Counted from the first letter of the stretch, positions 35,535-49,741 are shown. The stretch: DNA of 64,000 bases from Tubulanus polymorphus (GCF_964204645.1 NC_134030.1:5126778-5190777); one strand, 5' to 3'. The notes: generated by a model from the letters alone, not told the origin. Numbers and translations: made by a program.

Positions 35535-38500
35535 GTAACTCAACGTATAGTGCTGCCATCTTGCGGCTTGCGACATAGCGCGGATCACTCCGGTTTGATG
35601 ATTTGGTTGTCTTTCCTAGGTAGGGAAATTCACCGTAGGCGACTATTCTTTAGGATAGGAAAAGCAATTACGTAATCACCGAGAAAACTTGGCGTGATCG
35701 GGCAGATTTTGCGGGTGATAGGGCCTACCAGGTTACAATGCTTACACAACAAAAGATTCCATATTGACCGATTGGGTTTTTGCGAGTTCAAATTCCCGAT
35801 TCTTCTTCCGATATCTGTCAACATCAACTGGTTGATGAAACACAGATTGCAATCTCGCGGGAATTTATACGGTAACGTTCTGGTTCTAGGTCTTGAATCA
35901 ATGTTTAGGGCACACTGGTTTCATGGTCTAGGATGACATTTCAATTATGAATGTCTCATCATGAAGGGTTTGTAGCCTATCAACCTAAAATGTTTGCTTG
36001 ATCTTTTCATTCATTGTTTATTTTCTATTGATATGATCATCGCCAGAGGCAGAGAATAAGTGGTTTATTTCATGGACATTTTATTTTTATGCCTGCAAAT
36101 TACGAAAGTCCATTGAAAAAACTGATTTACGAAAAATATTTTGAAAATCTCACTTCTTCGACAACATTTCCTGGAAATGAATGATGAAACTGCGAACGTC
36201 TGTGCAGGTGGTGCTAGAACGCGCTCGTCTATCAACGCTGATGACAGCTGGGTTAACATGAAAGTACTTCAGAATCAATCGTAAACTCGTTATAATTTCC
36301 CGGAACCTGACGAGTAAATAAAAGCGTGCGAGCGCGTGCGTACATGCACATTTCACTAAACCGAGCCTAATATAATAAAGCGAACGACGAAGAACGATTA
36401 TTAAGCGATTGCAGACGACAACAACGTGAGTAAGGCAAAGTTTACTGTTGTCTTCGATAATAGAATGAGGAGCGAAGTCCGAAAATCTACTGACCCTGTA
36501 TATAGATAGATGTGTATGGTTGGATTAGTTAAGCAGTATGTGCTACCGCAATAGGAAGGTTAGTAAAGTTATTAAAATGCTCGTATTATCCCATCTTTTT
36601 ACACGTATACAATTTTGTGCAAGCGGATTAAATAGGATTAGACGAACGAAGTACTTTGATGGTACGGCGTGCCAATACAGGATTTACTCTTAGTCTTTCG
36701 GGTTGCTCAACCGCAGTTCATTTGATACTAATAAAACTGTTTAAGTCATTAATCACTTCATTATTGTTGATAACCACAGGAACATTTTGCGATGTTTTGT
36801 TTCAAATTGTCCACACAAGTCGTATGATGAAATGTGTTCTATCCACTAGAGGTGATGAACGATTTTGATGAACGATTATTAAACGCGTTGGGTGAAATTT
36901 TACTTTGTAACACGCGGACTTTCTTAAATATTGATTTAAAAAAACTATTTCGCACACACGAAAATGATTCTATGACCCACGGATGACCCTATTGAATGTC
37001 TAGTTTCTTGGCTAAATACCAAGTATATGTTATTCGCTGGAGAGTATTGCATCAGCTATGTACACCGACACTAGACAAATTCCAGATAGATTGTCAAATG
37101 GCCAAAACGTATGAACATCGATAGTGTAATCTAGAAGAGCCCAATAGAAAAACGTTTCGGAATCATATCAAGTTTATCAGAGTATTACTATTCAGGCGAC
37201 GAAAAAGTTCTTGAAATGCAGAAGAGACACTCAGAGGTATGACGCGTGTGTGATACAACATGTCATTATCTTTCTGAAGTTTCATAACATTTAAATGTGC
37301 GTTTAATGCTACCTATTAACTGATACTTAACAATGGGGAGCGGGTGCAAAACACAACGGCGTGTAAAACTCAAAAACGCTTCTCACTGTAACAGTTTAAG
37401 GCGAATTATGAAAAAACGACGTGCTCTATTCAGATAGTAATTTTGTTATCAATGCACTTTTCATGTTTTTTGTTTCTAAAATTGGTATTTGAGAGCGTTG
37501 GAAATAAGAGCACGCGTTATCCTTCACATAGATTCACCAAGGGCATGTACGCGTATAAACACACAGTTAATTTATACACGATTTTTTAAGTGGTACTTTT
37601 GTATTTCATCGGTGTTGCTGGATAAACAGACCTTGAGCAGTTGTTTTTATAAAAATTCCTGGAATATTGTTCCAATAAACGAGAGTAGAACGCATGCTAG
37701 GTCGCGTATATTCGACCTTCGTATTTTTACGCGATGTTTTTGTTCTCGTGTTACGAACACGCCTCCTCGCGATGATAGATTACGATTTTTCCTCGAATAA
37801 CTAGGCATTTCATTATACTTACATAACAAAACGCTTGATTTATTCGAACAATAACATTTACTATCTCTTTTCCCATTGGGTCAGCTGGAATTTGATAATA
37901 CACGCAGTGACACGTTAAAAACAACCTTTATGCAACGATTTTTTTTTAAACTGCTGTTCGTCCAGGGTACAGCGTTATTAACCTCGCTTTTGTAAAATTA
38001 GCCCCTGGAGTTGTTCTTTTTATTATGCATGTGAACATAAAATACGGGAATTACAGTGTACATCGTTAGAAATGATTTAAAATGTGCTCTTAGCAGTTTA
38101 TAATAACAACTGGGGTTGGTGACAGTGTATTGAAGAAAAAATAAACCACAATAGAGGATTTTGACATTTCGACTCAAATGCTATGAGCAATTTCAAAAAC
38201 AGATTTATTTTCCCAAGGGCAAATCGTCAAATGTCAAAAACCTGTGTTAGTTTGACTTAACGTATTGTGGACTTTTCTTCAACTTTTTATTTTAGTATTT
38301 TTGTGATAGGAATACGCCTCAAATTTCAGGATTCGTTTTGCTAATGTGAGTAATACGAACATGTCATCATACTAAAAAACGTTTAAAGGCCATTGTAATG
38401 ATTTGGAAGTTTCCAGTACTAAAAAATTAATACATTGTTAATCACGCGATGACCTAGTGTACTGGTGCCGATGGCTATGACGTCATTGTCACTGATCTTC

Positions 38501-39069
38501 GGTACGTGGTTTATCACTTGGTACATTCATGGTACATTGTTTTATGAGTAAGCCACTTCACATGCTGACATGGTATCTCATCGTCCGCGAGATAAGAAAT
38601 ATGTCGCCAGATTTTGAATTTTTCCTTCATGCGTGACTGTGGCCGAATTAGGCCTGATCTTTACGTCCTTGCACATATTTTCAGGTCATCGTGTCCTGAG
38701 ATGACCGATTGACCCGATGGCTTACGGGACCTGCGCAGTATTTATATTTACACAAAGCGCGGGTACAATTGGACTGTTCATTAGCATGAACTAATTGTAC
38801 TTCGATTAAATCACGAGGGGGTCAGTTATTCTGACAGTTTCGAGCAAATTAGAACGTGTAGTTGACCAAGGGATATTTTCCAGAATCAATTTTATGTTGT
38901 ACTTGTATCAGCAGGGGTTCATGTACTTCAAACATCTTCAGGTAATTGGATTTAATATCAAACAGTATGCGCAGAAGCCTCCCAGTCGATTTCTCTCTTC
39001 TAAAAGCGACCATAAGTGACATGGCGCCGCAATCCAATTTATCAGAACGAGCTTTGCAACCGAAGGAGT

Positions 39070-39106
39070 TATAAAAGAACCCTGGAAACCTATTTTCAAG
39101 TCAGTT
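39070..39106 (+). promoter_or_regulatory. Candidate TATA plus initiator for the MetE-like gene
   Basis: TATAAAA at 39070-39076 and TCAGTT at 39101-39106, with near-identical spacing to the Evx promoter. The coding ATG sits directly after a splice acceptor, implying a non-coding first exon. Confidence 0.5.
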
Positions 39107-39656
39107 ATTGTGAATGCTGGTATTATACTTTAGAGGTTAACTTTAAAAAAGAAAATACGCTATTACAAAAATTAGTTGCGGCTGCTAGTGCATATAGTAA
39201 AAAGTAAAATATGATAGATAATGATAGGAAGTATAAAATAACTTTCATGTTAACTATCAACCAGGCTTCACGTTTAATCGAAAGGCAATCAAAATCGGAA
39301 CGCCAGAAAACAGTTATCGAGATCTAAACAGTATACTTGTACAACTTGTACAGAACGTTGATAAATCAAACAGACAATCAAACATCCACTTCGGATTTCT
39401 GCCAAAATACATATAACGCGCACATAAATGCAAATATTCGGTCACTCGAATACCGTTTAACCTTTCATGGTAAGCCAACATAGATTTATGACGGTTTTCG
39501 GCATGTCGACGAGAAAAAAGTACATTATTGAACGACTCTATGTTGAAAAAAACTTGGAAACCTCTTAAGTGGTTTACATATCCTGTCCATCCTGATTTCT
39601 TTTTCCTTGGATAAATTCACTTTTGATACACACTAATCGTTATTTCTTTCTTACAG

Positions 39657-41702
39657 ATGCCGCTACAAACGACTGTCATTGGTAGTTATCCGAAACCGGA
39701 TTATCTGCAAGTTCCCGATTGGTTTGTGGACCACCATGTCCCCTCACCCAGGCATTACAATGACTTTATCAGAACCCAAGACACGACCGGTAAATATTTC
39801 TAGAATATAAAATCAAATCCACGTATTATGTGTCCGCAATGATGTCCAAATGTTTTCTCTTCTTTATAGAATTACATGCAGCCATATTGCAAGCCAAGAG
39901 TGATGTCATTCAGGATCAGATAGGGATGGGTCTGGACGTCATCACTGACGGTGAAGTCAGTCGGGAGAATTATATTCATGATTTCTGGTGGGTTTTTCAT
40001 TAACAGTGATCTCTAAATTGTCAGAATAGAAACTTAAAAGTTGTTACTCTTGTATTCGATCATATTTAATCGATTGAACGATGATTTTTTCAGTCGACAT
40101 TTGAACGGATTCGATTTCGAACGACCGGAAATGATGACGCATAACGGTCTATGCCGATTCGAGGTACCGGTCATCAATCAGAAAGTTGGTATCGGAGATG
40201 ATGAGGATTTTTGCGCTGAAGAGTGGAAAGAAGCGCAGTCGATGTCGCACAAAGCTGTCAAAATGACGTTACCCGGCCCGTTAACGATAATACATATGAC
40301 GCATACTCCAGGTCAGTGGCTATTCAGTTTATTCATCTGTCAATATACTTGACACATGCACCTGTCAACAATCAGTGAACGCAGCTATCAATCAAAAAGC
40401 TTTCAACCCATCGTAAGATTGCATTTAGTTTCAAAAAATTAATGCAAAGCGTTTAAAAACCCCAGACTATGGTCCATAATTCCTGTTGATATCCGTGTAG
40501 GAAGCAAATTTTGAATGGGACTGTTAGGGGGTTGATGGAAAGCTACCGATAAAAATAATTGATACGCGTTAAACAACTAGAAGGGAGAAACAGAGTTTGA
40601 CTTAACTTAATGAGTGATTTAGCTTCATACACAGACTTCACTGGACTTGTACCATCTTCTGAGGGTCTTCGTTTTTTTTCAAAAGTACGTAGGGCCTATA
40701 TTGTTTCATAGATTTCGGCCCCCTGTGATATAAGTTAGTTCATTTTCTTTTGGTAGTCGGAGGTATTTATAAGGATCGCAAACAGTTGAGTCTAGACCTG
40801 ACCACGGTTATAAACCATCAAGTATTAAACCTGGTAGAAGCGGGCTGTACGCATATACAGATAGACGAGCCAGTACTGGTCAGTCATCCAGATATCGCAT
40901 TAGAATATGGCATCGATCATCTAGAAAAATGTTTCGAGGTAAGCTGGTCCCTGCGTTGCCTTAAACTATCTTTAAATTCGCTATTGTATTGACGTTTAAA
41001 TAATGCCCCTTCATTGAGATACACAACCAAGTATCTGATATACAATTTCAGGGTGTGAACGATAGCGCCCAAAAGATCGTCCATCTCTGCTGCGGCTATC
41101 CACGCGCTTTAGTAAGTTAGCAAGTAGAACATGTATTCGAATGTCTTACGGAAAGTTATAGTGACCGATGAAATTCAATATAATTTTTCCTGTATTTGCA
41201 GGACGACGACGATTACCCTCGGGCAGATCGCAACGTCTACAAACTACTGGCGGATAGAGTCGACCAATCATGTTTTGACGCAGGTAATACATATTTCAGC
41301 GATTTTTGAGAGTTAGGTTATTGCGAACGATCTAATATTGTCCTTTCGCGTAAAAACTTTACAAATGGGACTGTCATCGAGCCTCTATCAAAGCTTCGGA
41401 TATATTTACTAATTCCAATCTGCTTCGTTCTTTCAGTATCTTTAGAGGATGCGCATCAACATAACGACCTTGATCTATTCGATCACTTCAAAAATGTCAA
41501 AGTCATCCTCGGAGTTGTCAAAATAGCGTGCAGTAAAGTCGAGAGCGTCCAAGAGATTAAAGAACGCGTACGGGAGGTTCTAAAACACATTCCAGCTAAA
41601 AACTTGATACTGGCGCCCGACTGCGGCCTCGGCTTCCTTCCACGCGACATCCTGCAACAAAAAGTCACCAACATGGTTCTAGCCGCGAAATCATTGCCGT
41701 GA
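39657..41702 (+). CDS. Cobalamin-independent methionine synthase-like, catalytic (C-terminal) barrel only, ~352 aa; exons 39657-39789, 39870-39987, 40094-40311, 40757-40938, 41052-41111, 41202-41283, 41437-41702
   Basis: TTVIGSYPKP, GLDVITDGEVSRENY, KMTLPGPLTI, IQIDEP, HLCCG (Zn His/Cys), SLE (Zn Glu), ILGVV and LAPDCGLG (Zn Cys). All six introns are GT-AG and phase-compatible, giving 1059 nt including the stop. Confidence 0.93.
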
Positions 41703-42568
41703 GGGGGCGCCTCGCGCGTTTTTGTAATTTTATGTCTCTGATGTTTACGCGCTTTCGCTCGTAAATTAAGGTCGATTTTTTAAGCGAATGAATCGGATCG
41801 GAACAGTGAAGCCGGTCTGGAGAATTGTTCATTGAGCTACCGCGGCATGTAGGTGTACTGATGTTGCGCAAGCCCGTAATGCTTTAAAATACTAATCGCT
41901 CAGGTGACGCGTATGCGAAACTATTTTCATCACGCATCTACGATTTAAAACGATATTTCCAGTTCTACCGAGGAAATATATACATATAAATATTTCTGCA
42001 ACTAGTCGAAACTATTGTATCAAGGCTTTACCAATCAATCCAATTCCGTATCGCGGGTGATTTTTGATTTTCGCAAACATGGCGGCAGCAATGCGTAACC
42101 AATAATGGTGCAGTATTGTCATTAGTGTTCGAACTTGTCGATGACGTCTGTCTCTGGACGAGGATATTCACCTAGCAAAACCTACTAATTGACCGGTGAT
42201 TAGAACATGATATGTGGACTTTGATTTTGATGATTTATCGCTGAACATATCGCAGCGTTACGACGTTATCTATTTTTTTTGTACTTAGACAAGAGAATCG
42301 TAATATTTCGGTGCTATTGTTTTATTTCACCTATTGTATATAGGACACCCGTATTATTTCGATTTGTATAATGATTTGTAAAGTTGATTATTATTACAGT
42401 ATTAAAATAAAAGCAAATTGTGCATTCTTTTTTTATGTATACCTTGTTTTTATTTATGTGAATTACAACAATAACATTAAATAGAATATGATATGGTCTT
42501 GCGTTTAGTGGAACAAAAATGAGCATCACCGGTAGCTTCATACATATTTCAGTTTCTCCGGTGTTCCC

Positions 42569-45395
42569 TCAGTTCTTGTTTACTGTTTCCTCCTCGGGAA
42601 CAATCGGAGCAGGTTTTTCACTAAACTGTAAATAAAACAGATGAGGACGAATTCAAATTCGCATATTTTTTCTGCGCGTCGATTTATGATGAAATGATTC
42701 TTAGAGACGAATGTAGCTCTTACGTGTTGAGCTATAGCGAATAATATGAGCACCATGATCGACGTAAGACCCATGCAGCCAAACGTCTTATGAGCACCAA
42801 TTCGAGACATCATTACGCCACCGATAAGGTGTCCGGAACCGAGTCCGAGCCCCCAATAGACTCCGTGGATTATGCCCTGCATTGTGGCAAGCGAGTCTTT
42901 CGGTACCGTCTGTATGGAGTACCGAGTCATAGACGACCACACTGCCGAAAACGTGAGCGCTGAAACGGCGAATGTAAATCTAAATTTTATAAGACAGTTA
43001 AATGCGTATATTTAGGAGAATTAAACATTTACATCGAACTTCGTTTCTAGTATAATCTTTCGATGATTGAAAGTCCGTTATAACGCCATCACTTTAAGGC
43101 CGCTACTCATTTAACGCAAACATTTTTCAGAGCACAATTATGCTCAATCTAAACCAGATTCAATGGAAATACCAAAGCCAAATTCGGTATAACGCCATGT
43201 TTTTCAGTGGTCCCAATAATGTCACCAAAAAGGACTTTTATTGTTCATTATATTACGTACCCTGTAACATCTCAGCCGGTATGACGAGCCAAGGGTCCTC
43301 TATAATAGCGTAAGTGGTAAACCTCATACAGTAACAAACAAGAGCTAGATACAGAGTTCCAATACAGCCGAATGGTTTCAATACCAGACGATCGACGAAG
43401 AAAAACATCGTGAATTCGCAAATATACGTCGTGCATATCACGATTCCGAGCAGCATTTGAGTCGCACCTGCGAATGAATGAATGAGTGATAAAAAATTCA
43501 TAACAATTCTGAAAAATTGATAATCGAAATATTACAGTAGTTTTCTCAATTTCTATAGAATTGCCGTATTGCAAGAATCTCCCCTTGCGATACAATCTGT
43601 TTTCAAAACTAATTACATTGCATTTTGTATTCTGTTTTTATAAAAGGACTGAGAGGTTTGTATCGATTATTGCTAATTGAACTTATTTTGTGTTGGAATA
43701 CTGGTGCTGACCTAAATTTTCAAGATGCCAATATAGAAATCCCCAGATGAATCCGTTACACAGTCCCATATAGAAACTGATAAACAGCCAAGACGCGTAG
43801 TGGACTGTCGTCAATATGGAGCATAATGACTGTAGATTGTGTTTATTCACTTCTCGTTTTTCGTAACCCTGAAAAAATTAAAAACCCTTAGAGAATTCGA
43901 AGTCAAGTTTCATTTCTGGTTATTGAAATGCTACCGTTTTTTATTACCTAACATTCAAATGTTTGATCGATGATACGTACTTAGTACACCACGTCACCAA
44001 GCATTCTACCGCCGATAAAATGATTGATAAAAGTTGAAAAAATGTAAAAACAAAACAGAATATAAGAAGATAAAATGACGAATCAAAGTCCAAATATGAG
44101 GCAATATAAGACAATTGATAAAAAGATCCACGATGATCTTTCGCGAACCTTAAATTTAAAGCTAAGACCGGCCAATATGGCCATGGACATACACCCTCCG
44201 AAAACGTAAAACGGCATCATATAATCACAGATATCGACTTTAGTACCACACATCACTACTTGGTGTCGCGTCATATTCAGTAAATATCCAACTGTAAATG
44301 CGCTGGAACGATCCAACAAACGGAAATTTGCGAAAATTCATTCTTGCATTCAACCATTCATTACAGACAACCAAAAATATACAATGTATGTGTCTATGTA
44401 TTTTTGATACAGCGCATTATTACTAACCTTATTCCGAAGCCTAAAGACCCCCAGGCTCTTTGGAGGCTGTATTTATGTTCGTGACCGCTGCCCAATTTAT
44501 CGATAGTACCGGCGTCTGCCAGGGCAGAGGTCGGGGCTTGTACCAATTCCCCGGCTATCACCAACAAAACTAACGTCAAAAACACTCGTTTCATATCAGC
44601 AGGCTCGTATAACCAAGACATATTCTCTTTATCATTAACCACATGAAAAAAATGATTGTACCAAGGTGTAGTGTTTATTTTAGTTTCGATGCTGTTCAGT
44701 AAATGAGTTTGACCGTGCGGCGCTAAAGTCGTTGTCGATAAGTTCGTCAATTTTCGTGCGCGATTCGCCTGGTCAATCAGTTTATCGTCAGCGATGTCGT
44801 CAAACGCCGACCGCACGATTCTATCCCAGTGAGTTACGTTGATCAGATTCGGACACTGCGTCACGGGTTTCGTCGCTGGAATAAAACCTAACGACATTTT
44901 AAACACGAGCCAGCCGATTAGAGAAATATAAAACAAAATACGCCTGAGTTTGAACCGATCAGCGATGGCACCCCACAACGGGCCACTCGGAAATCCTAAA
45001 AGTGGCCTTAGCCCGGTCACGAGCCCGATATGACTCGGTCGAAGGCCTAGTTGCTTCAGATAAATCGACATAAATGGCGTTAACGCCCCTCTTGCGCTAA
45101 AAAAGGCAAAATAGAACAATTTCGATGAAATGAGTTTGGTTTCGATTTTGATACAATCGGCCCAGTTTCCCCAGTCCATAAAATCTTCGACACTTTCTAT
45201 ACGGACGGGTTTCGCAATTTCTTGGTTCTCGTTTTGTTTCGGACAGTAAACACCCTCGGTTATAGGGCTCTCCTCCGTATCGGCGGTACCTTTACTCATC
45301 GTTTCCGCGGACGAGTTTCGACGTAATAAACGAGATTCTGGCGACGAAACGGCGAAAACAACGTTACGTACGAGTTGCGGCCTTTGCTCGAACAT
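42569..45395 (-). CDS. MFSD6: Major facilitator superfamily domain-containing protein 6-like (multi-exon)
   Basis: KLFYFAFFSARGALTPFMSIYLKQLGL, PLWGAIADRF, YSLQRAWGSLGFG, FLYWHLENL exon, ATMQGIIHGVYWGLGLGSG. Confidence 0.88.
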
Positions 45396-47213
45396 TTAGA
45401 TTCAATTTGTGCTGCTCCATGATGAAAAATATGAAACTTTGTAGACCGATTCTATTCCGTGCTCTTTCTTTGACACAAAAAACAAAAATATATTTCTCTC
45501 TATTCTCTCCCAAATTGTTTGAATTTATCCATCTATCCATCTACTAAACTATCATACATATTGTGGAACTTCGCATATGCAGGACATACTTCGGTGTAGG
45601 TAGAAATACACATATTGTCATTCTTCGATATTTCCGATATGTTTTGGGAGCGACAAATTTTAATTGGTATTTATGTCTAATTAAAAAGCTATACACACAA
45701 CGATCGGAGCAGATGGTTCAAATCGAACAGATAGAATATACACAGATACAAAATGCTGTACCTCCTTAATTACATATTTCTATAAACACATGCGGGACAA
45801 ATATTATGATCGGCTATTCAGATTTCGAGAATCTCACCCACGGTTATTGATTGCCGTTGTAAAGTCGCTTGAATTATTCTTTAGTTTCTGTCGGGCGTAC
45901 AAAATAATCGAGAGATATTCGATAGTTTTGAGCTGGATGCCCAAAGAGGTAACTAACAACGTCAAAATTAATTATATAAGTCATGAGGTCATTTAAATTG
46001 TTCTGGACACGATAAGGGGCTTCCCAGAGAGGCAATGGGCTGCATACACCCAATGTAGTCTTTTCCACTACTGAAATTCATTTCGCATCAAACCTTGTTA
46101 TTTGTAATTGTTGATAACCTAGAGATCACTAAAACACTATATCGAAATGGGTACAAACCGAATAGATAAACAAGTGAACCGGTGGTATATAGATATTAAT
46201 ATTCGGCTAATATTTCTGGGTAAATACTCGTGGCGAGTAACATGTGTTACTACGAAATCACACCGGCTAGGATTGATGATAGTTAGTTTCCGAAGTGAGT
46301 CGTGGCGTCGTGGCAACACATGTTGCAACCGAACAGAGCGCATTCTCAAGTAAAGAAGATTTTCTATTGTTTAATGATGACACGCCGGGTGCCACGTTCT
46401 TCACGCAATCTGATGCCTGAGTGACTGACAACCACGTCGCAATGATTTCACCAACATGGCCGCATCCGCAGGGGGAAGCAGCTACACATCTTGATATTCA
46501 AAAATAGAATCTAACCTCCCTGAAAACTAGCATTCAAGTTTAAAATGCAGCTATGCAAAACTCGAATTAATGAATTCGACGATTTGACAATTGCGGATAA
46601 TTTTGCGGTGTAATCAAACTGAGTTGATCAATAGGTTGCCACCCCTCGGCAATATTCCAACCATCCTATATCGGCGACGTTTTTGATTTCGCAGCTGAAA
46701 TCACGGTGATTGGATTCCGAGATGATTTTTGACTTTGTGGCAAATTCCACGTTTCAATGTATGCTATACGATATAAAACAGCGATAAAATCGGATATGAT
46801 TGCAGTTCGATTTTATCTCTTAGACGAGAAAGTTATCTAAACACATCGGGACACTACTCAGCAAAACAGCGTACAAGGTAAACATAATCAATCATTCTTC
46901 TGTTTCTTTTGGAAAAAATTATCTTAAGAAAATTATCAATTCTTGTTTTAATTCACCAGGCATCAGATCATGTTTCATCCACTTTGATCTTTTCAATTCT
47001 TGATATCAATTTCACCAGCTGCAGTTCTTCATTTTTTTCCAATATCTGAAAATCTGAGATCGAATCAGCACTAGGCATAAATTATTAGGCATAAATCTCT
47101 ACCTCAATCGAAATATATAGCGCAAATCGTTTGGATCTCTTTCTAGGATTAATGATAACTTTATAGAATATCGATATTAATACGAAAAATCTTATTTGTA
47201 TCGTAATTCGCAG

Positions 47214-48551
47214 ATGAAGGCACATTTAGCAGTATTCTTCGCCCTGCTCGCAGTGGCGTACTGTAGAAAAAGTAACTACACAGTTACAGATGAGGCATGG
47301 TTTGATATTGAAATCAAGGACATGGACGGACCTGGAGAAGACTTCCGAGGACGATTCGAAATTGCGTTATTCGGTTTAGTTGCTCCGGTATCGGTCTTCA
47401 ACTTCAAATCCATAGCCGCCGGATACAAGCATGGATGGGTAAGTTTCGATAAGTGTACACTTTTTGGTCTCTCGTCTGGATTTTGAGAAAGGGCTATTGA
47501 TAATTACGATATCGCCACGTATTTCGGGCACCGCGGCATGTGTCGCGCTCTCTGCAGCTATAAAAAGCAACTGTACGACGGCAACAGCTTGTCGCAGAGA
47601 GCATCTGTCACCAGATCCGTGTCTACGACAAATGATCAGTGAATCTCGAATTACACATGATTTGATTGTTTGATTTTGCGAATCTCCACCAACTGTTTAC
47701 ATATTACATTACGTCGTGATTGTATATGGAAATATTGTCAACGCTTCGAAAAGTCATTTGTACGCGCGTGTTCCACACTTCAACATCGATATTCTTATAG
47801 ATTTAGACACACGGCATTTGGCAATGACTAAGATATCCGAGCAAATAGCGTGGAAGATGATTTGCTAATTTTAAAACGTAAATCGACGAATTCGTAATTT
47901 TTGGAATTGTTTTCATCGTTTTAGGAGAAGCTCCACTATAAGAACACACGTGTCCATAGAATCGTGCCTGATTTCATTGTACAAATGGGAGACATCACAG
48001 TTGGAGATGGCACTGGAGGTAAAAAATAGAAAAAAATACTTTGTTTATAGCATATGATGTAATTAATATCAACTTTCTATCTAAAATGCTGCTACTTATT
48101 CAGTGTTTTAATTCATTTCTTGTTATGATTCAAGGTAAAAGTGTTTATGGAGCCAAATACAATGACGAACAATTCGTCCTGAGTCACAGAGGACCCGGAT
48201 GGGTTGCCATGGCCAATCACGGCCCAGACACAAACGGATCTCAGTTCTACGTCCTTCTCCAGAGATCCAGATGGTTGGATGGAAAACACGTCGTTTTCGG
48301 CAAGGTTATCAGAGGATTCGTAAGTATTCTTAATTATATCAGATAATCCAAGTTGGATTAAATGTGTGTTGAGTTGAGTCAAAAAAATCTTTTTTATTCC
48401 ACAGCGTGTAATCCAAGCTATCGGTGAAGTTGAAATAGACGATGCAGCCTCGCCGAAGAAGTTGATCCGAATCATAGATTGCGGACTGAACCAGGTGGAA
48501 AAACCGTACGAACTTAAAGAAGAAGAACTAGATTCAGAGGAAGATTTATAA
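47214..48551 (+). CDS. Secretory-pathway cyclophilin (PPIB/PPIC-like peptidyl-prolyl isomerase); exons ~47214-47438, 47925-48018, 48135-48319, 48405-48551
   Basis: Signal peptide [64 protein letters not shown], and C-terminal EEDL*. Confidence 0.95.
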
Positions 48552-49741
48552 ATTATCTCAACTTTCATGATTTTTATACAAAAATTTGTAGATAGATTAA
48601 TTTTAGTAACGATTAAAATTATATGAAATTAGAAATAGCTGATGGAGCGAGGGTTCATCGGATCCTTAAATATCCTAGCAGAGCCGAATTTGAACAAAAT
48701 ATCTTAAAGGGGTCGTGACCGACCAGAACCTAAAACACGTCTGTTTGTCCATAAAATTACTTTTGATAAAAGAATAAGCTGTCTCAATGATACAAAGAAA
48801 ATGTTCGAAAAACGCTGATTGTATGTGTACATGTGAGTAAAAAGCAATAAATGAGCCTCAAAAGAAAAAATATATTCCCATTTTTGTTTTTATGTTCGTC
48901 CTGATTAAAACAGCTTTTTCATCTGTGCACAATTGATGGTGAACACAAGATTCTACAAGGATTTTGCGAGTTGGTCGCTTCTAACGGATCTATAGGGAAA
49001 CAATCAAAACTCGAGATAATAAAAACGCAACGTTCACATGTATTTTTTTTGGGCCCGAGCAGATCTTGTGGAATCACCTAGAAACAATGGGAACGAGAAT
49101 GACGTGGTTTTCCACATTCTTTGGTATTTAATACTTTCAGGACAGAAGCTGACATGGATACGATCAAAAGGCAGAAATCGAAATAGTTTGTTACTAAATA
49201 ACATGTTTGTGAGACGATTTTAACTGGCTTATGAATGATTCCTTCTGTCTTCAGGCCGCATAAATTGATAAATACATTGTTTCGAAACATTGATTGGAAT
49301 CACTCCTTGGATTTATCAGACTGATTAATCCAAGAACTCACATGAGTTTGGGGTTTTACTAAGACTGCCTGATTCGAATAGGCCAATCTGACCTCACGGA
49401 CAAGAGATCGAATCAGCTAGCATCGGGCTTATTCACTTTCGGGCTGCTTGCTTTGCTATTCCAGTGGGCTCGCCCGACCCTCACACATCCGAGTTATATA
49501 GTTACTTGCACGTACGGTTGAAACTTTTGCTCTTGCCTGAGTTGAGGTGGCTATCTCCGACCTTTACGTGCAAAGTTCCAACAACCCTTGCATGTTAGAG
49601 TCAAGTTGATTAGTTTCGACATTGTGCGCTCCAAAAGAATGAATAAGTGGTGTATTCTAGTTCAAATACATTTTACTTCTCTTTTACTCAAGTTTCACTT
49701 TGATTCAATCAAGAATCTCTGTATTGATAAAATCTTTACGG

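Noticed and set aside
39657-41702. Bacterial contamination as the source of the MetE-like gene
   Set aside because: Six canonical spliceosomal introns, host-like base composition, and contiguity with animal genes.
19564-41702. Metabolic gene cluster linking the methyltransferases, the MetE-like enzyme, PEX19 and ETFB (SAM recycling / farnesoid pathway)
   Set aside because: The genes are separated by unrelated loci (GPCR, LRRC28, CCDC153) and share no visible regulatory signature. Proximity in a compact genome is sufficient unless co-expression or conserved synteny is shown.
39640-47216. Spliced-leader trans-splicing inferred from ATGs directly after AG acceptors (MetE-like at 39657, cyclophilin at 47214)
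   Set aside because: Plausible upstream cis donors exist (e.g. gtaagc ~39470, gtaaac ~46878), so ordinary non-coding first exons explain the pattern.
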